In this document: positions 54,189 to 63,572 of the stretch, piece by piece
Numbering within the stretch: position 1 is the first letter of the stretch
How the letters are laid out: each line of letters begins with the position of its first letter
DNA from: an uncultured Flavobacteriales bacterium
GTDB lineage: Bacteria > Bacteroidota > Bacteroidia > Flavobacteriales_D > JABDKJ01
NCBI GenBank assembly: GCA_964429805.1
Contig: CAYSDH010000001.1
Span: 10,456 to 74,455, forward strand
Length of the DNA stretch: 64,000 bases
Direction of reading: 5' to 3'
Made by a program: the position numbers and the translations under genes
Notes under the pieces: generated by a model
Told to the model about the DNA's origin: nothing
The model's database searches: none
What the model saw: only the letters and a program-made list of their open reading frames with translations

Positions 54189-55787
54189 TCATAGATCCTC
54201 ATATCTGTTATGCATATTCATACTCAACCCAAAAGAGATGAGCGAGTTATTGCCATATGTCAATGGCCCGGTCTCATCTCGATACAACCAACTGACATAA
54301 AAATTGAAATTAGACTTAGAATTAAGCATATAACCAAGCTTCGTCAGCACATAATTTGACTGCGACCGAGTCTGAGGTTCAAACGTTCCTTCAAAATCTT
54401 CAGGGAGGTTGACATTAGAACCAATATTCGTACTGTCTGGCAAGTCTAGCAGCTGGTCACCCGCTGTGTAACGAATGTCGGCAAACCAACGGTCATAGAG
54501 ATACATCACGCCAATACTCGCCTCATTTACTCCTGCCCCGCGCGGGTGAGCTATGCCTTGATTGAGATGCGTATAACTCTGTAAGGAAAGTGGGTGCGCA
54601 TAAGTAAACGGGTCAACAGAATTATACTCGGCCTGCACTCTGAGGTTGCGCACAAATAGGTCTGCCGTTTTTATGCCAACTTGATATCCGGTTTGGTCTT
54701 CGGCATCCATGACATACTGACCAAAGAGTTGGATGCCGCGATTGATTTTCACCCCGAGGTCTAGACCAATAATAGAATTATGCGTTGACTCTAGTCCGTT
54801 AAGTGCTGTGTTTAAACCTAATAAAGGCACATACCTCTCCACCGGATTGGGGACTGTGCCCACCTCCACGTCAAATCTTTGCCAGACTACTGCCTCAAAT
54901 AGACCTAGGCTCACACGTTTGTGAGGTCGGAATTCTAAGTAATGAAAACTCACTCCTTTTCGTCTAAACAGTGCCTCTGGAGTATCACCCATAGGCAGTC
55001 TCCTCAAGCCACTCATAGACCCCATAATGGACTGATAGTAAAGCCGGTTTTTCATAAACCGCCCTGTCATCTTCAGCTGCGGATATGTGTACGCATTGTC
55101 AGACAGAAGCAGGGAACGATAACCCGAGCCAATGAAGTTTTTTTGATGCCCAAACTGAATGTTTACCGCCTTAACAGGAGAGTATGAAATGTATCCTTCG
55201 GCAATAGAATTATCGGCCCCCTTTATCGAGTTAAATTTGATTCTGCCTCCTCCTGGCGCCACTCCCGAAGCACCATCATTAGCGAACACTGAGTTTCTAA
55301 TTCTATTTAAAAGGTACCAAGGGTAGGTTGTTTGATCTTCCCTGAACGTGGTTTCAAAAGAGACTTTTTTTCCTAACTCTCCTTTGACAGAAAAACCACG
55401 CATGTTACGGCTAAACCTAGTTGTGTCTGCATAGGCCGTTTCCTTTCTCTGCTCAGTACCCAGTTCAAAATTGATTAAGAAGTCAATGTACAACTTCAAC
55501 TCTTCCTTCTCAATAGTCACATGATGATCTCTCAAAATTGCGGCACTAAAGGCGGAGTACATTTTAGGAGGCACGGGTTCGTATCCCCAGACGGAGTCAA
55601 GCCTCATCCAAGATTCTGGCAAGGCTCTAAGCCCAGTCAGGGTCACCGAGTCCATGCGGCTTTGACCTAGCTCTAAGTAAGTCTGATGATAGTTGTTAAT
55701 GGGGTAGTTATACTGCTGCGCTGAGAGTGCACATAACATGGACACATATACGATTAGGCTCAATACTTTCTTAAGCGGCATCATCAT
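54189..55787 (-). CDS. Predicted outer-membrane protein, paralogue B (possibly Wzi/RemB-like)
   Basis: Signal peptide. Blocks shared with paralogue A (GSGYRSLLLSDNAYTYPQLKM; VQAEYNSVDPFTYAHPLSLQSYTHLNQGIAHPRGAGV). Confidence 0.6.
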   Translation of the reverse strand: MMMPLKKVLSLIVYVSMLCALSAQQYNYPINNYHQTYLELGQSRMDSVTLTGLRALPESWMRLDSVWGYEPVPPKMYSAFSAAILRDHHVTIEKEELKLYIDFLINFELGTEQRKETAYADTTRFSRNMRGFSVKGELGKKVSFETTFREDQTTYPWYLLNRIRNSVFANDGASGVAPGGGRIKFNSIKGADNSIAEGYISYSPVKAVNIQFGHQKNFIGSGYRSLLLSDNAYTYPQLKMTGRFMKNRLYYQSIMGSMSGLRRLPMGDTPEALFRRKGVSFHYLEFRPHKRVSLGLFEAVVWQRFDVEVGTVPNPVERYVPLLGLNTALNGLESTHNSIIGLDLGVKINRGIQLFGQYVMDAEDQTGYQVGIKTADLFVRNLRVQAEYNSVDPFTYAHPLSLQSYTHLNQGIAHPRGAGVNEASIGVMYLYDRWFADIRYTAGDQLLDLPDSTNIGSNVNLPEDFEGTFEPQTRSQSNYVLTKLGYMLNSKSNFNFYVSWLYRDETGPLTYGNNSLISFGLSMNMHNRYEDL

Positions 55788-55816
55788 GGGTCGGAAAGGT
55801 AGGGATTATACTACGT

Positions 55817-56752
55817 TCACGCGAAATCAGCATTGACCACATCCTCGAGATAGACTTTTTTCACTCCTTCTTCTAATGTGTAGCTGTGCTTCCAACCCAA
55901 GGCATGGATCCTGTCCACGTTCATCAATTTTCTGGGTGTGCCATCAGGTTTACTCTCGTCAAAGACTAGGTCACCTTCGTATCCGACTACCTCTTTAATG
56001 AGTAGAGCCAGATTTTTTATAGTCACGTCTTCGCCCGTTCCGATGTTTAAGAACTGCTTTTCATCATACTCACGCAGCATAAAGTAGCAGGCTTCTGCAA
56101 GATCATCTACATGCAGAAACTCGCGCATGGGTGAACCGGTGCCCCAAATCGTCACTTCCTTTTGATCGGTGACTTTAGCCGTGTGAAATTTTCTGAGCAA
56201 GGCTGGTAAAACATGAGAATTATTGAGGTCGTAATTGTCATTTGGCCCATATAGATTAGTGGGCATAGCAGAAATAAAATTGCAGCCGTACTGATCACGA
56301 TAAGCCTCACACATTTTGATGCCAGATATTTTGGCGATGGCATATGGTTCATTGGTTGGCTCTAGGGTATCTGTCAAGAGATACTCTTCGCGCAGCGGCT
56401 GAGCGGCAAGCTTTGGGTAAATGCATGAAGACCCAAGAAACAAGAGTTTTTTAACCCCAGCCAAGTATGATTGATGAATCACGTTATTCTGAATCATCAG
56501 ATTCTCGTAAAGGAACTGAGCTCTGAACTCATTGTTGGCCTGTATGCCTCCAACCTTAGCGGCAGCCAGTACTACGTAGTCTGGTTTCTCTTGAGAAAAA
56601 AACTGCTCTACTGCCTGTTGATTGGTCAAATCAAGCTCTGAAGAGCTCCGCTGAACAATATTGGTAAACCCCTCTTTACTGAGCTTTCTGACTATAGAAG
56701 ACCCCACCATACCTCTATGGCCAGCGACATATACTTTGTCTTCTTTATTCAT
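55817..56752 (-). CDS. fcl: GDP-L-fucose synthase
   Basis: SDR fold ([13 protein letters not shown]), catalytic YAIAK, 311 aa. 8-nt overlap with gmd. Confidence 0.93.
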   Translation of the reverse strand: MNKEDKVYVAGHRGMVGSSIVRKLSKEGFTNIVQRSSSELDLTNQQAVEQFFSQEKPDYVVLAAAKVGGIQANNEFRAQFLYENLMIQNNVIHQSYLAGVKKLLFLGSSCIYPKLAAQPLREEYLLTDTLEPTNEPYAIAKISGIKMCEAYRDQYGCNFISAMPTNLYGPNDNYDLNNSHVLPALLRKFHTAKVTDQKEVTIWGTGSPMREFLHVDDLAEACYFMLREYDEKQFLNIGTGEDVTIKNLALLIKEVVGYEGDLVFDESKPDGTPRKLMNVDRIHALGWKHSYTLEEGVKKVYLEDVVNADFA

Positions 56753-57833
56753 TGTAATTCATGATGCGGTGCCCGCCTTGGAGTAAATACTGATCTCTCT
56801 CAAAGAGCTCCATGTCAGCTTTGACCATTTCTTTTACCAAATCTGCAAGCGCATATTTGTGCTCCCAACCCAGTTTTTCTTTGGCTTTAGATGGGTCACC
56901 GATGAGTAGTTCTACTTCGGTAGGCCTAAAGTATTTTGGATCCACTTGAACAAGCACTTTATCCGTGCCTTTCAGTTTGGCCACTTCATCTACTCCTTCG
57001 CCAGACCACTCTAACTCTATGTCAACTTCTTTAAACGACATGGTCACAAAGTCTCTCACTGTGGTCGTCTCTCCGGTAGCCAGCACAAAGTCGTCTGCCT
57101 CGTCTTGCTGCAGCATGAGCCACATTCCTTCAACATAGTCTTTGGCATGACCCCAGTCACGCTTAGCGTCCATGTTTCCTAGGTATAGTTTTTCTTGAAG
57201 ACCGAGTTTGATTTTAGAGACAGCTCTTGTAATCTTCCGCGTCACAAAAGTCTCTCCTCTCAATGGGCTCTCATGGTTAAACAAGATACCATTGCAGGCA
57301 TACATGCCATACGCTTCTCTGTAGTTTTTTACAATCCAGAAGGCATAGAGTTTGGCTACCGCATAAGGGCTTCTTGGATAAAAAGGTGTGGTCTCTGATT
57401 GAGGGACTTCTTGCACTTTACCATAGAGCTCTGAGGTAGAGGCTTGATAAAATTTTGTCTTCTTCTCAAGGCCCAATATTCTGATTGCCTCAAGCAGCCT
57501 GAGTGCACCTGTTGCATCTGCACTGGCGGTATATTCTGGCAATTCGAATGACACTTGCACATGAGACTGTGCGGCTAGATTATAAATCTCATCTGGCTGA
57601 ACTTCTTGAACCAGTCTAATTAGGTTAGACGTGTCGGTCATGTCTCCGTAATGCAGAAAGAACTTGACTTCCTTTTCGTGTCGATCCTGGTAGAGGTGAT
57701 CTATACGGTCTGTGTTAAATAGAGAGCTTCTTCGTTTTACACCGTGAACGATGTACCCTTTTTCCAACAGGAGCTCAGACAGATAGGCGCCATCTTGTCC
57801 TGTGACACCTGTTATTAGTGCGACTTTTGCCAT
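56745..57833 (-). CDS. gmd: GDP-mannose 4,6-dehydratase
   Basis: [49 protein letters not shown], 362 aa. Confidence 0.95.
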   Translation of the reverse strand: MAKVALITGVTGQDGAYLSELLLEKGYIVHGVKRRSSLFNTDRIDHLYQDRHEKEVKFFLHYGDMTDTSNLIRLVQEVQPDEIYNLAAQSHVQVSFELPEYTASADATGALRLLEAIRILGLEKKTKFYQASTSELYGKVQEVPQSETTPFYPRSPYAVAKLYAFWIVKNYREAYGMYACNGILFNHESPLRGETFVTRKITRAVSKIKLGLQEKLYLGNMDAKRDWGHAKDYVEGMWLMLQQDEADDFVLATGETTTVRDFVTMSFKEVDIELEWSGEGVDEVAKLKGTDKVLVQVDPKYFRPTEVELLIGDPSKAKEKLGWEHKYALADLVKEMVKADMELFERDQYLLQGGHRIMNYNE

Positions 57834-57902
57834 GGTATCAAAATTAATAAGAAAGGTGAATCTGACTCAGATTAGAGCAGACATCGCTAGAGAGGTCAAA
57901 AA

Positions 57903-58652
57903 TCAAGGACTTGGTTTTCCTTTAGATTCTTTTTTGATTCTTTTTTTGGCCTTTTTCGCTTCTTTCTTTTCCAATTCCTGTTTGACCTCTGGAAGATCTG
58001 CAATGACATCAGGAATTTCCATTCCCTCTTTCCAGATTATGGTCGGAGTCCCTTCATCACAAAACTCGTAAAGCGCATATACGTCAATGTTTCTCATCCT
58101 AATGCAGCCATGTGAAGCTGGCTTTCCCAGGAGCGCTTCGTCAGGCGTACCGTGTATGTATACGTACCTCTTCATACTACTCTTAGTACCAAGGCTATTT
58201 CTTTCTTCGCCTCCTTCGAGCCACATGATGCGGGTAGTGATGAGGTCTTTGTCCATGAACTTGTCGTCATTAGGAACAGCTTGACGGCCTGTATTTGATC
58301 TGGCCTTGAAAATGGTGTTCATGTCAGCACCATCTCCTATTTTTTTTGCAATGAAATGAAGGCCAAGTGGTGTCCTCATCGAGTTCATCTGCTCCCCTTC
58401 GCCATACTTTGATGAACTAATCTGAAAGGTTTGTAGCACCTCGTTATTGTTCATCACATACATCTCCTGCGCATCTACAGAAATGAAGATGAGTTTTCCT
58501 GATGAGAAATAAGGAAAGTACTTCTGAATGATGGAATTTGCTGATGAAGGCTCTTTCTCTTCTCCTTCTGTCCCTGTAGCATGCAACGTGACACTAAGCA
58601 TGAGCGCTACGAGCAAACTTAAACCGATATGTGTACCTCTAGTTTTCAACAT
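57903..58652 (-). CDS. L,D-transpeptidase (YkuD) family protein with Lys-rich C-terminal tail
   Basis: Signal peptide. Catalytic motif IHGTPDEALLGKPASHGCIRM. Tail KQELEKKEAKKAKKRIKKESKGKPSP. Confidence 0.85.
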   Translation of the reverse strand: MLKTRGTHIGLSLLVALMLSVTLHATGTEGEEKEPSSANSIIQKYFPYFSSGKLIFISVDAQEMYVMNNNEVLQTFQISSSKYGEGEQMNSMRTPLGLHFIAKKIGDGADMNTIFKARSNTGRQAVPNDDKFMDKDLITTRIMWLEGGEERNSLGTKSSMKRYVYIHGTPDEALLGKPASHGCIRMRNIDVYALYEFCDEGTPTIIWKEGMEIPDVIADLPEVKQELEKKEAKKAKKRIKKESKGKPSP

Positions 58653-58770
58653 GACGAAAGTAATCTTTTGATAACTCCAGGCCCCCGTCTACTAACGTCA
58701 TTTATCAACGATATAGTCTTACTAAAGTGTTGAATAGTACCCCTTGACAAGGGATAGTGAAGCGGTTAGA

Positions 58771-59565
58771 TTATCTAACGATAAACCAATTGTTAAGCAG
58801 GTTCTCTTTATTATATCTCATGGCCTCCCCAGTGCTCTTATCAGTCACTGTTTTGCCTGCTCCCAGCGCTATGGCATGACCAGCTGCGGTATCCCACTCC
58901 ATGGTCGGTGCAAATCTAGGGTAGACATCTGCCGCACCCTCTGCCACAAGGCATATCTTGAGAGATGAGCCCATAGACACTATTTCTATCTCATCATGTT
59001 GCTTTTTCAGTTCCTCAAGAAATTGTTCGGTTTCTGGAGACATATGCGAACGACTCCCGACCACTTTAAATGAGTTTCCAGACTTGGGCATTGGAAGCGA
59101 ACTCCCCAGATCGATTAGGCCGGCTATCTGCTCAGCGTGACTTGTCTCTACAGAGGCCACTTTATATGAGCCTGCACTCGCCTTAAAGTAGAGGTCTTTG
59201 GTTACAGGAACATAGATGACTCCGGCTATGGGCACGCCATCTTCTATGAGCGCAATGTTGACAGTAAACTCGCCATTTCGCTTTACAAATTCTTTGGTGC
59301 CATCAAGCGGGTCTACCATCCAAAATGGGCCCCATGAGCTGCGCTCTTCGTAACTCATCTCTTTGCCTTCTTCGCTCAAAATAGGCAGTCCTGTGTCTTT
59401 TAAAATGGCCTCGATAGCCAAGTGAGCATTTTTATCGGCCAAGGTCAAAGGCGAACGGTCTTCTTTCGTTTCTACCGCAAACTCTGACTCATAGACTTTG
59501 AGAATTTCTCTTCCTCCGTCTAATGAAGCCCTGATGGCTCGCTCTATAAGTGCATCTATATCCAT
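58771..59565 (-). CDS. cysQ: 3'(2'),5'-bisphosphate nucleotidase
   Basis: IMPase-family motifs (ILSEEG, WMVDPLDGTKEF, WDTAAGHAI), 264 aa, near cysC and cysD. Confidence 0.85.
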   Translation of the reverse strand: MDIDALIERAIRASLDGGREILKVYESEFAVETKEDRSPLTLADKNAHLAIEAILKDTGLPILSEEGKEMSYEERSSWGPFWMVDPLDGTKEFVKRNGEFTVNIALIEDGVPIAGVIYVPVTKDLYFKASAGSYKVASVETSHAEQIAGLIDLGSSLPMPKSGNSFKVVGSRSHMSPETEQFLEELKKQHDEIEIVSMGSSLKICLVAEGAADVYPRFAPTMEWDTAAGHAIALGAGKTVTDKSTGEAMRYNKENLLNNWFIVR

Positions 59566-59582
59566 GACAAATTTTAAACCGA

Positions 59583-60464
59583 TTAATATCCTGACCCCGA
59601 CTCCCCTATAACTTCAATAGGGTGCCATGTGGTCTTTAGCTCAGTGAGGGCTGAAATAAAGTATGGGCTTTGATTCTTTTCTTTCTTCCAATCTCTGTCA
59701 TGCGCTATGACTCTTTTCACGTTGCCAGCAGCATTGTATTTGAGTGAGCTGAGTAATTCTTCGTCCTTACCAGAATAGACAACTGCATTGATGTCCATGT
59801 GAGTGGATACATGCTTGTGCAGTTCATCGCATTTACCAGTCAAAATGTTGACTACACCGCCCGGTACATCTGACGAGTTTAACACCTCAGCCAATGTGAC
59901 TGCACAAAGCGGCTTGTTTTCTGAAGCCAATGCAACCACGGTGTTTCCTCCTGCAATGATTGGTGCAATCATAGACACTAAGCCAAGCAAAGATGTTTGC
60001 TGATCTGCAAACAGAAAAACTACTCCCGTAGGCTCTGGTACTGAGAAATTAAAGTGCGATGACGCCACAGGATTGACTGAGCTAAACACCTGCTGATATT
60101 TATCACACCAACCTGCATAATAAATCATACGGTCTATAGACATCTCGACCTCTTTCTTTGCGCTAGCGGCCGTGCTACCTTGTTGCTTCAACTCAGCTTC
60201 AAATTGAGCCGAGCGGGTTTCCAGCATCTCAGCGATACGATATAGAATCTGACCTCGATTAAAAGCTGTGCGTTCCCACCAAGCCTTCTGCGCTGAGCGA
60301 GCGGCTACCACTGCATTTCTCACATCTTTTCGTGACGACAAACAGATGTTACCAAGCGACTGACCGTTAACCTCAGGACTGTAGTATCGTCCTGATTCTG
60401 TGCGAGGAAATTTCCCTCCGATATATATCTTGTATGTCTTAAGTACTTCAAGTCTTTCCATCAT
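59583..60464 (-). CDS. Truncated aldehyde-dehydrogenase-like protein (cofactor-binding half only; no catalytic Cys/Glu region)
   Basis: 293 aa. Aligns by eye to the N-terminal part of ALDHs (IYIGGKF, RGQILYRIAEMLE, PTGVV, GGNTVV, PGGVVNILTG). It ends where ELGGK would be (NVKRVIAHD), and no catalytic domain follows. ATGA overlap with the full ALDH gene. Confidence 0.7.
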   Translation of the reverse strand: MMERLEVLKTYKIYIGGKFPRTESGRYYSPEVNGQSLGNICLSSRKDVRNAVVAARSAQKAWWERTAFNRGQILYRIAEMLETRSAQFEAELKQQGSTAASAKKEVEMSIDRMIYYAGWCDKYQQVFSSVNPVASSHFNFSVPEPTGVVFLFADQQTSLLGLVSMIAPIIAGGNTVVALASENKPLCAVTLAEVLNSSDVPGGVVNILTGKCDELHKHVSTHMDINAVVYSGKDEELLSSLKYNAAGNVKRVIAHDRDWKKEKNQSPYFISALTELKTTWHPIEVIGESGSGY

Positions 60465-61918
60465 CCTTCCATTTTAAGATATGCACCGAGACCTTGGAGT
60501 CCGCCTTCTCTGCCAAATCCGCTCTCCTTGTATCCTCCAAAAGGTGAGGTAGGGTCAAATTTGTTGTAGGTATTGGCCCAGACCACACCAGCATTCATCT
60601 GACTAGTCATGTTAAAAATCTTACTGCCCTTGTCCGTCCATACGCCAGCAGAAAGTCCATAAGGAGTGTTATTCGCCTTCTTGATTACTTCGCTCACCGT
60701 TCTGAATGTTTGCACCGCCAGCACTGGACCAAATATTTCTTCTTGCGCTATTCTATTACTCTGGGCCACATTAGTAAATAAGGTAGGTGGACACCAGTTT
60801 CCTTTTTTCGGAATACTGCATGCTGGCTGATAAAATTCTGCTCCTTCCTTCTTACCTATTTTGATGTATTTCTTGATTGTGGCGAGCTGCTCTTTTGAGT
60901 TAATCGCACCGATGTCTGTGTTCTTATCTAGTGGATCTCCAACCACCAGTGAGTTCATGCGGTGCTTGAGTTTCCTGATCACCTCTTCAGAGACAGACTC
61001 TTGCACAAAGAGCCTACTTCCTGCACAACAGACATGTCCTTGATTGAAGTAAATACCATTAATTATACCCTCTACGGCTTGGTCTATAGTGGCATCTTCA
61101 AATATGATGTTGGCCGCTTTTCCGCCTAATTCGAGTGTACACTTCTTGTTGGTAGAGGCAATAGACTTTTGAATGATCTTACCCACGTTGGTCGATCCGG
61201 TAAAGGCTATTTTATCGACATCATCATGATTGACAATGGCCGCACCCGTTTCTCCATGTCCAGTGACGATGTTAACTACCCCAGGAGGCAAATCCGCTTC
61301 TTGTATAATCTCAGCCAGCTTAAGTGCCGTGAGCGAAGTAGTCTCGGCAGGCTTTAACACCACCGTGTTTCCGCAAGCCAAAGCTGGAGCGATTTTCCAT
61401 GCCGCCATCAAGAGTGGGAAATTCCAAGGTATAATCTGTCCGGCCACTCCAAGAGGCGATACTTCGCGATTAGGAAAAGCATAATCTAACTTGTCTGCCC
61501 AACCAGCATAATAAAAGAAGTGCGCTGCCGCTAGTGGCACATCTACATCACGAGATTCTCTAATGACTTTTCCACCATCTAGAGTTTCGATTACTGCGAG
61601 CTCTCTGGCCCGCTCCTGCATCATTCTGGCAATACGGTAGATGTACTTGCCGCGCTCTTTTGCGGGCATCTTTTTCCAGTATTTGTCATAAGCCGTGCGG
61701 GCGGATTTTACGGCATTATCCACATCCTTAGCAGTCGCTTCAGTCACTTTAGCGATGAGCTTATCAGTGGCTGGGTTGATAGAATCAAACTTCTGACCCT
61801 TTGCCGACTTGACAAATTTGCCTCCTATAAAGAGGTCATACTCGTCTTTCAAATTAATGTGACCAGTGCTCTCAGGGGCTGGAGCTAAATCCCATTTTCC
61901 ATTCATTTTCAAACTCAT
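60461..61918 (-). CDS. NAD(P)-dependent aldehyde dehydrogenase
   Basis: 485 aa. PWNFPL, GNTVVLKPAE, general base LELGGKA, catalytic Cys in FNQGHVCCAGSR, EEIFGPV. Confidence 0.93.
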   Translation of the reverse strand: MSLKMNGKWDLAPAPESTGHINLKDEYDLFIGGKFVKSAKGQKFDSINPATDKLIAKVTEATAKDVDNAVKSARTAYDKYWKKMPAKERGKYIYRIARMMQERARELAVIETLDGGKVIRESRDVDVPLAAAHFFYYAGWADKLDYAFPNREVSPLGVAGQIIPWNFPLLMAAWKIAPALACGNTVVLKPAETTSLTALKLAEIIQEADLPPGVVNIVTGHGETGAAIVNHDDVDKIAFTGSTNVGKIIQKSIASTNKKCTLELGGKAANIIFEDATIDQAVEGIINGIYFNQGHVCCAGSRLFVQESVSEEVIRKLKHRMNSLVVGDPLDKNTDIGAINSKEQLATIKKYIKIGKKEGAEFYQPACSIPKKGNWCPPTLFTNVAQSNRIAQEEIFGPVLAVQTFRTVSEVIKKANNTPYGLSAGVWTDKGSKIFNMTSQMNAGVVWANTYNKFDPTSPFGGYKESGFGREGGLQGLGAYLKMEG

Positions 61919-61920
61919 AC

Positions 61921-62829
61921 TTAGTCTATTGAAAAGTAATCTGATGATTGATATACACCTGTGCGTTGCTTGATGATTTGCATCAGTACGTCATTTGCCA
62001 AGCTGCTGGCTCCAAATCTGAACCACTTATTATCCAACCAGTCGTCTCCGAGGGTTTCTTTAACCATAATCAAATAGTGGAGCGCCAATTTTGACTTTGA
62101 AATGCCGCCAGCTGGTTTCATTCCAACCATCTCTCCTGTCTTTAGAAAATGGTCTCTTATAGCTTCCAGCATGACTAAAGTCACAGGCATGGTAGCCGCG
62201 GGCTTTATCTTACCTGTTGAGGTCTTTATGAAATCAGCTCCTGCTGCGATAGCGATATCACTTGCTCGTCTTACGTTGTCTAATGTGTTTAGCTCACCAG
62301 TTTCCAGAATAACTTTGAGTCTCGCTTTGGCACAGGCTTCTTTTACTGCCGCTATCTCGTCATACACATAGGTATATTCGCCTTGCAAAAAGCGGCCTCG
62401 AGATATGACCATATCCACTTCGTCAGCGCCTTGGTCTACGGCCATTTTGACGTCTTCTAACTTTAAAGACAAAGAGCTGTTTCCACTTGGAAATGCCGTG
62501 GCGACAGAGGCTACTTTAATTTTTGTTCCCTTCAGCTCAGACTTTGCCAACCCTACATAGTTAGGGTAGACACATACTGCCGCAACAGTCGGAATGTCTT
62601 CAGCAGCGTCATGCAAATGGTTGGCCTTATAGCAGAGTTGCTTGACCTTGCCTTGGGTGTCCATGCCTTCCAGAGTAGTCAGGTCTATCATGTTCAAGGC
62701 CATATATAGCCCCTGCATTTTAGCTTCCTTTTTGATACTTCTCTTGGTAAATCTCGAGCTACGCTCGACCACACCTACTTGATCTACAGCAGGTGATGTT
62801 GTGGGAATAGGGTACTTCTTTTTGGCCAT
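61921..62829 (-). CDS. deoC: Deoxyribose-phosphate aldolase (long form)
   Basis: Class I aldolase motifs (VCVYP, DMVI, LKVILETG, Schiff-base Lys in FIKTSTGK), 302 aa. 2-nt gap to the ALDH gene. Confidence 0.88.
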   Translation of the reverse strand: MAKKKYPIPTTSPAVDQVGVVERSSRFTKRSIKKEAKMQGLYMALNMIDLTTLEGMDTQGKVKQLCYKANHLHDAAEDIPTVAAVCVYPNYVGLAKSELKGTKIKVASVATAFPSGNSSLSLKLEDVKMAVDQGADEVDMVISRGRFLQGEYTYVYDEIAAVKEACAKARLKVILETGELNTLDNVRRASDIAIAAGADFIKTSTGKIKPAATMPVTLVMLEAIRDHFLKTGEMVGMKPAGGISKSKLALHYLIMVKETLGDDWLDNKWFRFGASSLANDVLMQIIKQRTGVYQSSDYFSID

Positions 62830-62965
62830 TTTTTACTGGGAGATCTTGTGTCGTGGGTGCAAAGGAATGAAAAAGCAGACAAAGAGCAGTTGACAGGGCG
62901 TCAAACTATGTCAGATTCAGTTGCTTGAGCAATTCTATAGGCCTATCTTTGCCGCCCATAAATTT

Positions 62966-63571
62966 ATGGAGGAAAGAGAAGGAAATATCTTCACCATCTT
63001 TGATGAGATGCTGAGCCGAGAAGAAAAGCAAGAGCTTCTTGAGCAAAAGGCTGTCGTGATATGGCTAACAGGGCTATCTGGTTCTGGCAAAAGCACCATC
63101 GCTAAGGCACTAGAGAGAATGATTCATGCTGATGGGAAACTTTGTCAGTTGCTAGATGGCGATAACATAAGGGCGGGTATCAATAATAACCTTGGTTTTT
63201 CAGCTGAAGACCGCAAGGAGAACATTAGGCGAATTGCTGAAGTAAGTAAGCTTTTTGTGAACTGTGGCGTGATTACGATCAATTGCTTTGTGAGCCCGAC
63301 TAAGGAGATACGCGCTCAGGCCAAAGACATCATCGGTGCTGATGACTTTATAGAGGTGTTTGTCAATACGCCACTCGAAATCTGCGAATCGCGAGATGTG
63401 AAGGGCTTGTACAAAAAGGCTCGTGCAGGAGAGATAAAAAACTTTACTGGTATAGACGCGCCCTTTGAGGCACCAGAATCTGCAGACTTGGACCTTCTCA
63501 CTGAAGGAAAAACTGTGGTTGAAACGGCTAAAGAACTATACGAGTTCATCAACATGAGAATAGAAGAATAA
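62966..63571 (+). CDS. cysC: Adenylyl-sulfate kinase
   Basis: P-loop WLTGLSGSGKSTIA, LDGDNIR, FVSP. ATG 62966 preferred over the TTG at 62921. Confidence 0.92.
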   Translation: MEEREGNIFTIFDEMLSREEKQELLEQKAVVIWLTGLSGSGKSTIAKALERMIHADGKLCQLLDGDNIRAGINNNLGFSAEDRKENIRRIAEVSKLFVNCGVITINCFVSPTKEIRAQAKDIIGADDFIEVFVNTPLEICESRDVKGLYKKARAGEIKNFTGIDAPFEAPESADLDLLTEGKTVVETAKELYEFINMRIEE

Positions 63572-63572
63572 T

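Noticed and set aside
58741-58753. Palindrome CCCTTGACAAGGG between cysQ and the L,D-transpeptidase gene
   Set aside because: The central loop is too small for a stable RNA hairpin, and this is a single occurrence. It is possibly a protein-binding site, but nothing supports that.
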